The translations under genes and the position numbers were made by a program. Shown here in pieces: positions 25,537-36,125 of a stretch of 64,000 bases of DNA. Source of the DNA: Myxococcota bacterium (GTDB taxonomy: Bacteria; Myxococcota_A; UBA9160; UBA6930); assembly GCA_965223705.1 (NCBI GenBank), contig OZ245015.1, positions 1,632,001 to 1,696,000 of the forward strand, given 5' to 3'. A model generated the notes under the pieces. It had not been told where the DNA came from, searched no databases, and was given only the letters and a program-made list of their open reading frames with translations. The stretch's first letter is position 1. Each line of letters begins with the position of its first letter.

Positions 25537-27496
25537 AAAGCTGCGTCCGAGCGTGCTCGCGGGGAGCTACCCTGAGAAGCTCGATCCGATGCGGCCGCGC
25601 CTCGAACGCTGGCTCAGCAAGGCGAGTGAGCGCCGCAAGCGACCGAGCCTCGCCAACCTGGAGGCCTTCGCACAACGCATTGTCAGGCGATCGGACGAAC
25701 TCCGATCCGTGTCGGCCGACGAGCTGCGTCAGCGGGCGGACGCGCTCCGTCCGAGCCTGCGGCGGGCGCTCGCGGGACCGCCGCTACTCGAAGCCTTGGC
25801 CATCGTCCGAGAGCAGTCGCGGCGCCACCTGGGGATGGCGCACTTCGAGGTCCAGATCATGGCCGGCTGTGCGCTCCTCCGCGGGATGCTCGTCGAGCTC
25901 GACACGGGAGAAGGCAAGACGCTCTCGGGGACGCTTCCCGCCGCGGTTGCCGCACTGGCGGGCATTCCGGTGCATGTGGTGACGGTGAACGATTACCTGG
26001 TCGAACGGGACGCCGAAGCCATGGCGCCGCTCTTCCAAGCACTCGGCCTTTCGACGGGCCGGGTCATCGAGGACGAGCCCGATCCCGCTGCGCGCCGCGC
26101 CGCGTACGCTTCGGACATCACGTACGTTTCGAACAAGCAGGTCGCTTTCGATTATTTGCGGGACCGCATTTCCCTCGGCGGACGCGGCGGGGAAATCCGC
26201 GGGGAGGTGCAGCGGTTCGCGCACGCGGCGGAGGCACCGCTTCTTCGCGGGCTCTGTTTCGCGATCCTCGACGAGGCCGACAGCGTGCTGGTCGACGAAG
26301 CACGCACGCCTCTCATCTTGTCTCGCACGGTGCCGTCGCCGGGCCTCGCAGAGATCGCGCACGATGCGTTGTCGATCGCTCGGGAGCTCGACGAAAAGGA
26401 AGACCTCCGCTGGCGACACCCCGCGGCACCCATCGAAGTCACGGCTTCGGGACAGGAAAAAATCATCGAGCGCTGCGAGGGCCGCGGCGGAGTGTGGAAC
26501 GCGCCGGCTCGGCGGGCCGAGCTCTTGCGCGTCGCACTAGATGCACTCTACCGCTACAAGCGCGACGAGCACTACATCGTGCGCGACGGGCAGGTGGAAA
26601 TCGTCGACCCCCAGACCGGGCGGTCGATGCCGGATCGCTCGTGGGAGGGCGGCCTCCAACAAATGGTCGAGCTGAAAGAAGGGTGCGAGCTGTCGGGCGA
26701 TCGCGAGACCCTGGCGCGCATGAGCTACCAACAATTCTATCGGCGGTATCTCCGTCTCTCCGGCATGACGGGCACCGGCCGGGAAGTGAGGCGCGAGATC
26801 GAAGCCGTCTACGACATGCCGATGATTCGGATCCCGCCTCGTCGGCCGTCGAAGCGAATCGATCTCGGAGTCCACGTAATGCCGACGGTCGAGTCGAAAT
26901 GGAATGCGGCCGTCGACCGGATCACGGAGCTCCACCGCTCGGGGCGCCCCGTTTTGGTGGGCACGGCGAGCGTCAAGACGAGTGAGCTCTTGAGCGAAAG
27001 GCTCGATCGGGCCGGTCTGACCCACCGCCTTCTCAACGCCCGGCAAGATCACGCCGAGGCGGAGATCATCGGCGAAGCGGGCTTTCCGGGACGCATCACG
27101 CTTGCGACCGCGATGGCCGGGCGGGGCTCCGACATTCGGGTAGAAGGGCGCGAGGAGGAGCTCGGCGGCCTCCATGTGATTTCCGTCGAGCGCGCGGATT
27201 CGGGTCGCGTCGATCGACAGCTCTACGGACGCTGCGGTCGGCAGGGAGACGCGGGATCCTTCGAACAGATCGTGTCCCTCGAGGACGAACTCGTTCGCAA
27301 CGAAGCGACCGGGAGAGTGCGTCGCCTCGTGGTCGCCTTCCTCCGCCGCCTGGGCGGCGGTTCATTCGTGGGGCGGCTTTTGTTCCAGAACCTTCAACGT
27401 CGAGTCGAACGCCGGCATGCGCGCGAGAGGCGCGCCGTCATGCGGCAAGACGAGCAGTTCGCTCGACTGTTGTCGTTCTCCGGCACAGCGGAATAG
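25529..27496 (+). CDS. Short accessory SecA-like ATPase (SecA_DEAD protein)
   Basis: TGEGKT, VVTVNDYLVERD, FDYLRD, DEADSVLVDEARTPL, GMTGT, MAGRGSDI and QLYGRCGRQGDAG motifs. At 655 aa it lacks the wing/scaffold/C-terminal domains of housekeeping SecA. Confidence 0.92.
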   Translation: MSEKLRPSVLAGSYPEKLDPMRPRLERWLSKASERRKRPSLANLEAFAQRIVRRSDELRSVSADELRQRADALRPSLRRALAGPPLLEALAIVREQSRRHLGMAHFEVQIMAGCALLRGMLVELDTGEGKTLSGTLPAAVAALAGIPVHVVTVNDYLVERDAEAMAPLFQALGLSTGRVIEDEPDPAARRAAYASDITYVSNKQVAFDYLRDRISLGGRGGEIRGEVQRFAHAAEAPLLRGLCFAILDEADSVLVDEARTPLILSRTVPSPGLAEIAHDALSIARELDEKEDLRWRHPAAPIEVTASGQEKIIERCEGRGGVWNAPARRAELLRVALDALYRYKRDEHYIVRDGQVEIVDPQTGRSMPDRSWEGGLQQMVELKEGCELSGDRETLARMSYQQFYRRYLRLSGMTGTGREVRREIEAVYDMPMIRIPPRRPSKRIDLGVHVMPTVESKWNAAVDRITELHRSGRPVLVGTASVKTSELLSERLDRAGLTHRLLNARQDHAEAEIIGEAGFPGRITLATAMAGRGSDIRVEGREEELGGLHVISVERADSGRVDRQLYGRCGRQGDAGSFEQIVSLEDELVRNEATGRVRRLVVAFLRRLGGGSFVGRLLFQNLQRRVERRHARERRAVMRQDEQFARLLSFSGTAE

Positions 27497-27502
27497 AGCT
27501 CG

Positions 27503-29005
27503 CTACGGGGCGGCGTCGGTGTCGATCGCGTCAAACCGGGTGACCTGGTTGCGGCCGCCTTCCTTGGATGCGTAAAGCGCCTGGTCGGCCTGATCGATCA
27601 TCCCGGCCAGGTTCATCGCGCCGTCGCGAACACTCGCGACGCCGAAGCTCGCGGTGACGGGAACCATGGCGAAACCCGGTGATTCGATGTGGCGCCGCAC
27701 GCGGTCGGCGAGATCGAAAGCGTCGTCGTAGCCCGTATCGCCGAGCGCGACACAGAATTCCTCACCGCCGTAGCGACAAACCAGGCCGTGGCCGCCGAGA
27801 TGCAGGCGGAGCGTATCCGCGACCGCGCGGATCACTTCGTCTCCTGTCTGGTGTCCGCAGGTGTCGTTGATGCGTTTGAAGTGATCGATATCGACCATGA
27901 CACAACAGAGATCACCGTCCGACTGTCGCATCGACGCGAAGGTGGGCTCGATCGCTTCCATGAAGCTTCTGCGGTTCGCGACGCCCGTCAGCGGGTCGGA
28001 CTGGGCGAGAACGCGAAGTTCCTCGTTCTGCAACCGAACTTCGTCGCGAGATTTCTCGAGCTCCGTCAGCGCGCGCTCGAGTTCTTTTCTCTGTCGCTCT
28101 CGCTCGGTGACATCGTCGAAGGTCACCACCGCACCCGTGGTCTGGCCCCACCCGTCGAAGACGGGCGCGCCGTTGACCTGCAAGATCATTCGATTCCGCT
28201 TGCTTTGATTCAGGGTGAGGGTGGCTTCGGTGAAGGACTGGCCATCCCGGAGTGATTTCACCCAGGGCAAGTCGCCCTGCGCTTCCGCCCCATCGGCGTC
28301 TCGCCAAGGAAGGGAAGCGGCGTTCTTGCCGAGGAGCGCGGAGACGGGGTAGCCCATACGATCCGCGAACCCCTGGTTCGAGAGGACGATGTCTCCGTCT
28401 TTTGAGAGGATCAAGACGCCTTCCGTCATGATGTCGAGCGTGGCTTTGACCCGGGTCGGTATGACAGAAGACGGATCGAGCTGGCGCAACGTCCGTCGCA
28501 TGTAGAACGTGTAGACGACGAACCCGATTCCACACACGGCGATGACGAGGCGCGCCAGCGGTGATGCCGCGACGCGAGCGTACCAGGGGCGATCCTCGTC
28601 GCCGCGAAAACGCAATTCGAGATCGGCGTAGTGATCGCCCGCGCGGAACACCGGAACACGCACGTGCGTCGTGGTCGAGCGATCCGAATGCTCGGGTCTC
28701 CAGAGCTCTCGGTGATTGCCTTGGTGCGCGAGCAGGCGGCCGTCGCGGGTGCGAACGGCGACCGACAAGAGCGCGGAGTCTCGCGCAAGCGATGCCTTCA
28801 TCACCTCCGTCAACCCGCGAATGTTCGTGTCGTGAAGCGATGCGGTCGTCTGGGCGGCCACCACTTCGGCGAGACTCACGCGGGTGGCCACGAGATCGCG
28901 GTCCTCTTTCGGTACGACGCCTACGAGATCGAGTGAGAGGAGGATCGAGCCCGTGAGCAGTACCAACCCGAGACTGATCCGAAAGGTCGGTCCGAGGGAC
29001 TGCAC
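27503..29005 (-). CDS. Membrane-bound PAS-GGDEF diguanylate cyclase
   Basis: Two TM segments, PAS, DPLTG, DIDHFK..ND..GH and RYGGEEF. Confidence 0.92.
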   Translation of the reverse strand: MQSLGPTFRISLGLVLLTGSILLSLDLVGVVPKEDRDLVATRVSLAEVVAAQTTASLHDTNIRGLTEVMKASLARDSALLSVAVRTRDGRLLAHQGNHRELWRPEHSDRSTTTHVRVPVFRAGDHYADLELRFRGDEDRPWYARVAASPLARLVIAVCGIGFVVYTFYMRRTLRQLDPSSVIPTRVKATLDIMTEGVLILSKDGDIVLSNQGFADRMGYPVSALLGKNAASLPWRDADGAEAQGDLPWVKSLRDGQSFTEATLTLNQSKRNRMILQVNGAPVFDGWGQTTGAVVTFDDVTERERQRKELERALTELEKSRDEVRLQNEELRVLAQSDPLTGVANRRSFMEAIEPTFASMRQSDGDLCCVMVDIDHFKRINDTCGHQTGDEVIRAVADTLRLHLGGHGLVCRYGGEEFCVALGDTGYDDAFDLADRVRRHIESPGFAMVPVTASFGVASVRDGAMNLAGMIDQADQALYASKEGGRNQVTRFDAIDTDAAP

Positions 29006-29008
29006 AGC

Positions 29009-29920
29009 CTAGTCCAGGAGTTCGACGCTGCAGTGGAGGCCGGCCGCGACCTGGCCGTCGGGGTTTGGAAGCTCGAGCCGAACCTTGAACGTGCCACTAG
29101 CCGCGTCGACCACCGGATCGACCCGGTCGACCGTAGCCACGACCCGACTTTCGGCTCCGATCTCGGGCGATAGCGCCGCTCTCCGTCCGGGGCGGATTTC
29201 CCCGAAGCGGTTCGCGGGCAACAGCACGTCGACGTGCAGCGGGTCGATCTTCGCGATCGTGAGGATGGTCGCGCCATCGACAACCTCTCCCGGACTCAGG
29301 TTGCGAGCGACGACGAGTCCATCGATCGGCGACCGCAAGCGGCGGCGTTCGAGTGCGGCCTCAGCTTGCTTGAGTTCGAACCACGCGAGCTCTTGCGCTT
29401 CTTCGGCGCGGCGGAGATCGTGGCGCGCGATTCGCGCTTCGGACTGCATCTCGTCCCATTCCTCCGCCGAAAGCGCTCGACTCTCGAACAGCGTTGCGCC
29501 CCGCTCGGCGCGCCGCTCCTGCAACGCGACTTGTTCCTGCTGAGAAAGAAGCGTGCCCTCGGCTGTAGCGCGGGATTCCGCCGCACGGACCGCTGCCTCC
29601 TCGACGCCCGCTTCGAGCCGAACCACCAGCTCGCCGGCGGACACACGGTCGCCGACTTCGGGTGTCACTTCTTCGATGAGACCGACGGTTTGGCTGCCGA
29701 TGTCGACGAGGTCGGAAGGCTGGATCAGGCAGTCCAAAACGGTGGGATCCGCTCCCGACCGCGTAGCTGCGGCACTCGGCGGACGCTGGGTCGCAACCGC
29801 AGGCAGCGGATCGGGCTCGGCGGCATGCGGAACGGCGGCGCCGCCACCCACCGCGAAGGCAAACGCGACGAGCACCCAGACACTCCGATGTGATTGAAAC
29901 CATCCACCCTGACGGGACAC
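29009..29920 (-). CDS. Membrane fusion (periplasmic adaptor) protein
   Basis: Lipoyl halves and hairpin (LRSPIDGLV), VDAASGTFKVRLELPN. GTG start at 29920 has GGAGG 7 nt upstream. Confidence 0.85.
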   Translation of the reverse strand: MSRQGGWFQSHRSVWVLVAFAFAVGGGAAVPHAAEPDPLPAVATQRPPSAAATRSGADPTVLDCLIQPSDLVDIGSQTVGLIEEVTPEVGDRVSAGELVVRLEAGVEEAAVRAAESRATAEGTLLSQQEQVALQERRAERGATLFESRALSAEEWDEMQSEARIARHDLRRAEEAQELAWFELKQAEAALERRRLRSPIDGLVVARNLSPGEVVDGATILTIAKIDPLHVDVLLPANRFGEIRPGRRAALSPEIGAESRVVATVDRVDPVVDAASGTFKVRLELPNPDGQVAAGLHCSVELLD

Positions 29921-29985
29921 GACCGAGCCTCCACGAACCCGTTCTTCTTCGGGATTTCGAGGTGTCAGCCTGAGCCAGTCGTGGG

Positions 29986-32568
29986 GTGATCGTGGTTCAA
30001 AGCACCCATATCGTCTACACCGCAATTTCTGTTTCGCCGATGTGCCAGGGCGAGGGAGAACGCGAGGGGCTCGGATCGGGCCGTCGCTACAAGGGCACGG
30101 AAGCGTTGGAACGAGACGGTAAAACCGAGCAGGGTTTTGGGGCGCAGCGCGGTCTGTCGCTCAAGCTGTCTCTTTGGATGGCCTGCCTCTCGTTCGTGTC
30201 AATTTTTGCGGCAGCTGCTTACTTCGCCTCCGAAGATCGACGCGTCTCGGAGCAAGAGATGACCCGCCGCGGAGAACGGATGGTCAGCTGGCTCGCGCTG
30301 CCCCTGAGCCGCGGTCGGGCCGACCGACGTTCTGCGGGAGTCGCGGCAGCCGTGGACCGGATCTTGGTCGATCCCGATGTCGCCTACGTCGCGGTGTGGG
30401 ACCGGTTTGGAGCTCTGGTCGGCGGCGCTTCGCAACCCGCCGCGCGCGAAGTCATGGCTGCGGCGCTCAAAGAAGAACGAACCTTTTCTTCGACACTGAT
30501 GCAACGGAAGCTCGACGCGACGTTCGATCTCGCGGAAGTGGTCGTCTCCGTCCGCGCAGACGATCGGTTGGTCGCGCGCCAAGCTGCCGGCAGTGTGTTG
30601 GCCAACGATCTGGGGCGCGCTCAGATCGGTTTCTTCGTTCCGGCGAACACGGGCCCGTTGGGAATCGCTCCGCACCACTGGAGTACGCTCCTCGCCATCG
30701 TCGCCTTGACCGCACTGCTGGGATGGTTCGGGAGCCACCTGCTCACCCGCCGGATCCGGCGTCTCGCGTTCGCCATCCGCGCGATCGCGGCGGGGCAATT
30801 CGATCGCAGTGTCGAAGTCGGCGGGCACGACGAGATCGGTCACCTCGGTCGCGGTTTGAATGTCATGGTCGAGCGCTTGAAAGCGTACCGAGCGAAGATC
30901 GAGGAGCATCAAGAGCAGCTCGAGCGCGAAGTTGCGGTGCGCACGGAGCAACTCAAGCAGCGCACCGACGAGGCCCTGGCCCTCGCACAAGAAGCCGAGG
31001 AAGCGAACCGGGCGAAATCGCAGTTTCTCGCGAACATGAGCCACGAGATCCGAACGCCCATGAACGGTGTCCTCGGCATGACCGAGCTCCTGTTGGACAC
31101 CCCGATCAACCAGCAGCAGCGCTCTTACGCCGAGACCGCGCATCGCTCCGCCCACCTGCTCTTGGGCGTGATCCACGACGTGCTCGACTTCTCGAAATCG
31201 GAAGCCGGGCGCCTCGAGCTCGAGGAGCGCGCTTGCGACGTTCGAGAGCTGGTCCGCGAAGTCGTCGACGTGTTCGCAGAAGCCGCGGCACGCAAATCGA
31301 TTCGCCTGGAACTCCACATGGCCGACGATCTCCCCGCCGCCGCCATCGTTGACCCGATCCGCTTGCAGCAGGTGCTGACGAACCTCGTCGGCAATGCGGT
31401 CAAGTTCACGGAAGCCGGGAGCGTCACCGTCGGCGTGTCGCGGCTTCCCCATCCCGATGAGAGCCGCGGGTTCTGCCGGATCGAGTTCGCTGTCGCGGAC
31501 ACGGGGATCGGCATCGCCGAAAGTGCTCAGCCCAACGTGTTTCAGCCGTTTACCCAAGCGGACGGCACGATGGCGCGACGCTTCGGCGGGACCGGGCTTG
31601 GACTGGCGATCTCACGCCAGTTGGTCGAGCTCATGTCCGGGGAAGTCGGTTTCCGGAGTCGCGTGGGAGAAGGCTCTCGCTTCCACTGCATCATTCCCAT
31701 TCAGTGTGCGGAGACGGTCGATACGCGACAAGAGACCGAGGAAGAGATGGATTCGACGGGGGCATCGAGCCGCTTCGGTCTGTCTGTGCTGCTCGCCGAG
31801 GACAACGCGATCAATCAGGAAGTGGCGGTGGCGCTCCTCGAAGCGTTCTCGTGTCGGGTCACGCTGGCGGCGACGGGCTTCGAAGCCATTGAAGCTGCGA
31901 CCGACGGCACCTACGACGTGATCCTGATGGATTGCCAGATGCCCGAGTGCGACGGTTTGGAGGCTTCGAGGAAGATCCGAGCGGCCTCGATCCGAGATCG
32001 CAATGGCGAACCGATCCCCATCGTCGCGGTCACCGCCCACGCCATGCGACATGACCGCGAAGCGTGCTTTGCCGCAGGAATGACCGCCTACTTGAGCAAG
32101 CCCTTCGGACGCGCGGAGTTGGCGGAGGTGTTGCGGCCCATCGCCGATCGGCGGCGGGAGGCGGCGGCGCAACCGGAACCGGAGTCGGCGCGCGAGGCGG
32201 GCCCCGCACCGATTCTCGACGCGCGCCAACTCGAAATGCTGGCGCGGCTCCCGAAGAAAGACCCCGAAAAGTTCTTGCGGCATCTCATAAAGAGCTACCG
32301 CTCGTCGAGTGAAAAGCTGCTGGGACAGATCGATGAGGCCTGGGACGCCCGCGATTTCGAAGGCGTTTTCAGGGCCGCGCATCAGCTCAAATCGAGTAGC
32401 GCACAGCTCGGCCTGAGGGAGACCAGCGAAATGGCTGCCGTCTTGGAGAAAGAAGCCCGCGCCGAGGAGGACGGGCTACTCGAAGAACGCATCGACCACC
32501 TCGCCGCCGCGATTGCGCGAGCCAACGACGCGCTCGCGCGCGTTCGCATTGGAGGCCGCACGGTATGA
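29986..32568 (+). CDS. Hybrid sensor histidine kinase (HAMP-HisKA-HATPase-REC-HPt); true start probably somewhat downstream
   Basis: [48 protein letters not shown] and HPt AHQLKSSS. Confidence 0.95.
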   Translation: MIVVQSTHIVYTAISVSPMCQGEGEREGLGSGRRYKGTEALERDGKTEQGFGAQRGLSLKLSLWMACLSFVSIFAAAAYFASEDRRVSEQEMTRRGERMVSWLALPLSRGRADRRSAGVAAAVDRILVDPDVAYVAVWDRFGALVGGASQPAAREVMAAALKEERTFSSTLMQRKLDATFDLAEVVVSVRADDRLVARQAAGSVLANDLGRAQIGFFVPANTGPLGIAPHHWSTLLAIVALTALLGWFGSHLLTRRIRRLAFAIRAIAAGQFDRSVEVGGHDEIGHLGRGLNVMVERLKAYRAKIEEHQEQLEREVAVRTEQLKQRTDEALALAQEAEEANRAKSQFLANMSHEIRTPMNGVLGMTELLLDTPINQQQRSYAETAHRSAHLLLGVIHDVLDFSKSEAGRLELEERACDVRELVREVVDVFAEAAARKSIRLELHMADDLPAAAIVDPIRLQQVLTNLVGNAVKFTEAGSVTVGVSRLPHPDESRGFCRIEFAVADTGIGIAESAQPNVFQPFTQADGTMARRFGGTGLGLAISRQLVELMSGEVGFRSRVGEGSRFHCIIPIQCAETVDTRQETEEEMDSTGASSRFGLSVLLAEDNAINQEVAVALLEAFSCRVTLAATGFEAIEAATDGTYDVILMDCQMPECDGLEASRKIRAASIRDRNGEPIPIVAVTAHAMRHDREACFAAGMTAYLSKPFGRAELAEVLRPIADRRREAAAQPEPESAREAGPAPILDARQLEMLARLPKKDPEKFLRHLIKSYRSSSEKLLGQIDEAWDARDFEGVFRAAHQLKSSSAQLGLRETSEMAAVLEKEARAEEDGLLEERIDHLAAAIARANDALARVRIGGRTV

Positions 32569-34685
32569 GCACGCCGACTCGCCGCCCGTTAGCCCTCGTC
32601 GTCGATGACGATCCGATTCTCCGGACCGTCGGAAGCGAGGCTTTGGAAGCGCTCGGGTTCGCGATCGAGGAAGCCGAGTCGGGCGAGGATGCCCTGCGAG
32701 CCGTCGCCGAACGGACGCCGGACTTCGTACTCCTCGACGTCAATCTACCCGGACGCGACGGCTTCGCCGTGTGCCGCGCGATGCGGCGCAAGTCCGAGCT
32801 CGCGGAAGTCCCGATTGTGGTCGTTACCGGAGCTTCCGAAGCCGAGGTGATCGATCGCGCGTTCGATTCCGGTGCGACGGATTTTGTCCACAAACCCCTC
32901 GATTGGCAGTTGATCCAGCACCGTGTGCGCTTCTTGATGCGCGCGAACAGCGCGTTCAAGGATTTGCGAGACCGACAGCTCGAGCTCGAACGAACCCGCG
33001 AGCTCGGTGGGCTCGGCTCTTGGGAGCTCAACGCCACGACCCAAGAGTTCGGCGTCAGCCCGGAACTCCAACTACTGCTCGGCCTGGACGACACATCTTC
33101 GAGTTGGCAACCGTTCTACGCGGCGATCGAGCGAGAAGATCGCGCCGCGTTCGAAAAGCTCATCCGCACCGTTCGCGAAACCGGACAGCGAGGAACGCTC
33201 GAACATCGCGTGATCGTCGGCGAATCCGAAGTTCGCCACGTCGAGCACACCGTCGAGCTCGCTTCTGCGCCAACGGGCGAGCGGCGCTTCCAGGGCACCG
33301 TGCGAGACGTCACGGAGCGGCGACGCGCCCAGGATCAGGTCGAGTTCCTCGAAGATTTCGATTCCGTTACCACGCTTCCGAACCGGAATCTGCTGCGCCG
33401 TCGCTTGGAGCGGTTAGTGGAGCGGAGCGATCGCGGAAGGGGATCGATCATTGTGCTGTGCGTCGGCCTCGACCGCTTCGAGCGCGTGAACCGCGGCCTC
33501 GGGCTGCAAGCTGGAGACGCACTTCTCCGGGCCGTCGCCACGCGTTTGGTCGAGTCGGTCCGCGTCACGGATTTCATCGGGCGCGCGTCCGGACCTCCCG
33601 AGATCTCGCGGCAGGGCGGCGACGAGTTCACCATCGTCATCGGCGGAGGGGAGCTTTCCGGCGAACTCAACGTCGCCGTCAACCGGATCCTGCGTGTGTT
33701 CCAGAGCCCCTTCGACATCGACGGTCGTCGCGTGCCCGTGAGCGCGAGCATCGGAGTGTCGCGCTATCCCGAAGACGGCGACAGTGTCGATGCGCTCCTC
33801 GGCAGCGCCGCCGCAGCCATGGTGCGCGCCAAGAAAGCCGGAGGAGGGCGTTACCACTTCTTCGACCCCGGCGCCGATCGCGCCGCGAAGAACGAGCTCG
33901 CCGTAGAATCCGACTTCACGCGTGCGATCGAGCGGAACGAGTTGTTTCTCGAGTATCAGCCCGTGTGCGACGCCCGAGACGGCTCGCTCGTATCCGTCGA
34001 AGCGCTCGTGCGCTGGAACCACCCGACCCGCGGCAGGCTCGGACCGATGGATTTCGTGCCCACCGTCGAGTCGAGCGGGCAGGCCACCGCACTCGGAAAC
34101 TGGGTCCTGCGCGAAGGCTGTCGCCAGCTGCGTGAGTGGGACCAACAAGGCCTCGAAGGCCTATCGCTCAACGTCAATGTCTCACCACAACAGTTCGTCG
34201 GCGGCGACCTCGGAACCTTCGTGCAGAAAATCCTCGCCGATACCGGCTTCGATCCGAACCGACTCGAGATCGAGCTCACCGAGACCTCCCTCGTCGGCGA
34301 CGGCGACGAAGTCGAAACCGCGTGCCAGACGCTCCGGACCTTGGGTGTCGGCTTGGCCCTCGACGACTTCGGCACCGGGTTTTCGTCACTCAGTCACCTC
34401 ATCCGCTTCCAGATCGACACACTTAAAATCGACCGCAGCTTCGTCAGTCGACTCGAAGAAGGCGGGACCGCGGCCGCTGTCACCGCGGCGGTGATCGCCA
34501 TGGCGCGGCGCCTCGGTATCACCGTCGTTGCGGAAGGCGTCGAAACCGATGCGCAGGCTCGGTTTCTCAAAGCGGAGCGCTGCGAACGGCTGCAGGGCTA
34601 CTTGCTGAGCCGACCGCTCTTGCCGGAGCAGCTGCTTGACTGGGCGCAGGAGCGGAGCGGGGAGCCTACTCCGAAGGCGGACTAG
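32565..34685 (+). CDS. REC-PAS-GGDEF-EAL c-di-GMP response regulator
   Basis: REC (VVDDD, LLDVNLP), RQGGDEF, EAL and DDFGTG. ATGA-coupled to the kinase. Confidence 0.95.
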   Translation: MSTPTRRPLALVVDDDPILRTVGSEALEALGFAIEEAESGEDALRAVAERTPDFVLLDVNLPGRDGFAVCRAMRRKSELAEVPIVVVTGASEAEVIDRAFDSGATDFVHKPLDWQLIQHRVRFLMRANSAFKDLRDRQLELERTRELGGLGSWELNATTQEFGVSPELQLLLGLDDTSSSWQPFYAAIEREDRAAFEKLIRTVRETGQRGTLEHRVIVGESEVRHVEHTVELASAPTGERRFQGTVRDVTERRRAQDQVEFLEDFDSVTTLPNRNLLRRRLERLVERSDRGRGSIIVLCVGLDRFERVNRGLGLQAGDALLRAVATRLVESVRVTDFIGRASGPPEISRQGGDEFTIVIGGGELSGELNVAVNRILRVFQSPFDIDGRRVPVSASIGVSRYPEDGDSVDALLGSAAAAMVRAKKAGGGRYHFFDPGADRAAKNELAVESDFTRAIERNELFLEYQPVCDARDGSLVSVEALVRWNHPTRGRLGPMDFVPTVESSGQATALGNWVLREGCRQLREWDQQGLEGLSLNVNVSPQQFVGGDLGTFVQKILADTGFDPNRLEIELTETSLVGDGDEVETACQTLRTLGVGLALDDFGTGFSSLSHLIRFQIDTLKIDRSFVSRLEEGGTAAAVTAAVIAMARRLGITVVAEGVETDAQARFLKAERCERLQGYLLSRPLLPEQLLDWAQERSGEPTPKAD

Positions 34686-35229
34686 CGAGCGGAACGCTCT
34701 GGGCCAGCGAATAATCGATCGCGGCTTGGAGCTTGTTCTCGATCTGGAAGTAGCGAAGTAGCTTCGGCCCGGGAAGGACGGACTCGAATCGCGCGAGATA
34801 TCGGCTGCGCAACCCGATCCGATCGCGTCGAATCGCCAGAAACTCCTCGATCATCGCAACCGCGCGTAGGCCTTCCGGATCTTCCTTCTCGAAACCGAAC
34901 GTCTCGACCAGCTTGACCAGCCGATCGTTGATCCCTCGCAGTTCATGGAGTTGCCGGTCGTAGATCGGCCAGAACTCCGCAGCTTCCTTTGAAGACAGGT
35001 GAAGGTTTTCCGCGACGATCGCCCGATGGTTCTCCGCGATCGCCGCGCGCTCGAGCGCCACGCGTCGTTCGATGTCGGCGTCCGGATCCGACATCGCACC
35101 GACCGAACCCTCGATACGCTTGTGCGTGTCAGGGAAGGCTTCGCCTACCGATTGAGCCAACGCCGCGGGTGCGGCGAGAAGTACGGCCAGCCCGAGGCAA
35201 GAAAGTTCGAGTCGCATCGCCCGAAGCAT
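34666..35229 (-). CDS. Hypothetical secreted alpha-helical protein
   Basis: Signal peptide ending ...PAALA/Q and a helical LSSKEAAEFWPIY segment. Confidence 0.7.
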   Translation of the reverse strand: MLRAMRLELSCLGLAVLLAAPAALAQSVGEAFPDTHKRIEGSVGAMSDPDADIERRVALERAAIAENHRAIVAENLHLSSKEAAEFWPIYDRQLHELRGINDRLVKLVETFGFEKEDPEGLRAVAMIEEFLAIRRDRIGLRSRYLARFESVLPGPKLLRYFQIENKLQAAIDYSLAQSVPLASPPSE

Positions 35230-35252
35230 TATTCTTCGGGAGGGAGATCGCC

Positions 35253-35894
35253 ATGGCCCTCAAGCTCACCGAGTTCTTTTTCCGAAAGCCCGGGATGACG
35301 GCAGACGCCTTTCTCGACCACTGGCAGAAGCAGCACACCGGGGTCGTGTCCGCCATCGAGGGCCTCCGCCGCTACGTGCAAAACCCGGCCGCCGGGCTCT
35401 TAGTAGGGAGACCCAACCCCTTCGACGGCATGGTGGAAGTCTGGTTCGACGATTTCGCCGCCATCGAAGCGCTTCAGCAAAGCGACTATTGGGAGACCAT
35501 CGTCGAAGACGAACTTCGCTTCGTCGACCGGCCGACCATGCAATTGTTCTTCTCAGAGGAGCCCCTACCCGAGCGGTATGACCCCGGATACAAACAAGTC
35601 TTCCTGCTCGACCCAGCGGAGGGTATTTCGCTCGGGGCCTTCCGCGGCGAAGCCACGCGCGCGGTCGAGACATCGGCGCTCGATGGCCTGCGCGGCATCC
35701 AGCGCCAGCTGCCCGTATCAATCCCGGGCAACCCGCCAGCCTGCGCCGGCGCCGTCGAGATCTGGCGCTTCGAGAGCCTCACCGCCCTCGAAGCCGGGAT
35801 GAAGAGCCCCGGCGCGCGCGCCTTATGCGAAGCGCGCGAAACCTGGGCGGTCGCTCGAGAACCGCATACGGCCGAGGAGCGGGTGATCCGATAA
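35253..35894 (+). CDS. EthD-family protein
   Basis: RKPGMTADAFLDHW..H...GLRRYVQN...FDGMVEVWF pattern. GGGAG RBS before the ATG at 35253. Confidence 0.8.
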   Translation: MALKLTEFFFRKPGMTADAFLDHWQKQHTGVVSAIEGLRRYVQNPAAGLLVGRPNPFDGMVEVWFDDFAAIEALQQSDYWETIVEDELRFVDRPTMQLFFSEEPLPERYDPGYKQVFLLDPAEGISLGAFRGEATRAVETSALDGLRGIQRQLPVSIPGNPPACAGAVEIWRFESLTALEAGMKSPGARALCEARETWAVAREPHTAEERVIR

Positions 35895-35987
35895 GGGAGA
35901 TCCGCGAGCGGCGCCTATATATAGGGGCAGAAGCGGCGGAAAGGGTTTCTCCGAAGCCCCCGAATTTGCTAGCTTGCTCGCTCCCGC

Positions 35988-36064
35988 GGGGCGGTAGTTC
36001 AATTGGTTAGAGCACTGGCCTGTCACGCCAGAAGTTGCGGGTTCGAGTCCCGTCCGCCCCGCCA
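35988..36064 (+). tRNA. tRNA-Asp(GTC)
   Basis: GGGGCGG/CCGCCCC acceptor stem, anticodon arm CTGGC-CTGTCAC-GCCAG, T-loop TTCGAGT, encoded CCA; 77 nt. Confidence 0.97.
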
Positions 36065-36067
36065 TTT
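36042..36067 (+). repeat. att core, tRNA-proximal copy
   Basis: TTCGAGTCCCGTCCGCCCCGCCATTT, identical to 59120-59145. Confidence 0.95.
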
Positions 36068-36125
36068 CCTTAGCAAATCCGGATAGTTAGAGTCGAACGC
36101 TAGCGCTCGCCGAAGACGCGGGGAC

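Noticed and set aside
25529..27496. Housekeeping secA
   Set aside because: Too short, lacks the C-terminal domains and sits in an accessory operon, so no gene symbol was assigned.
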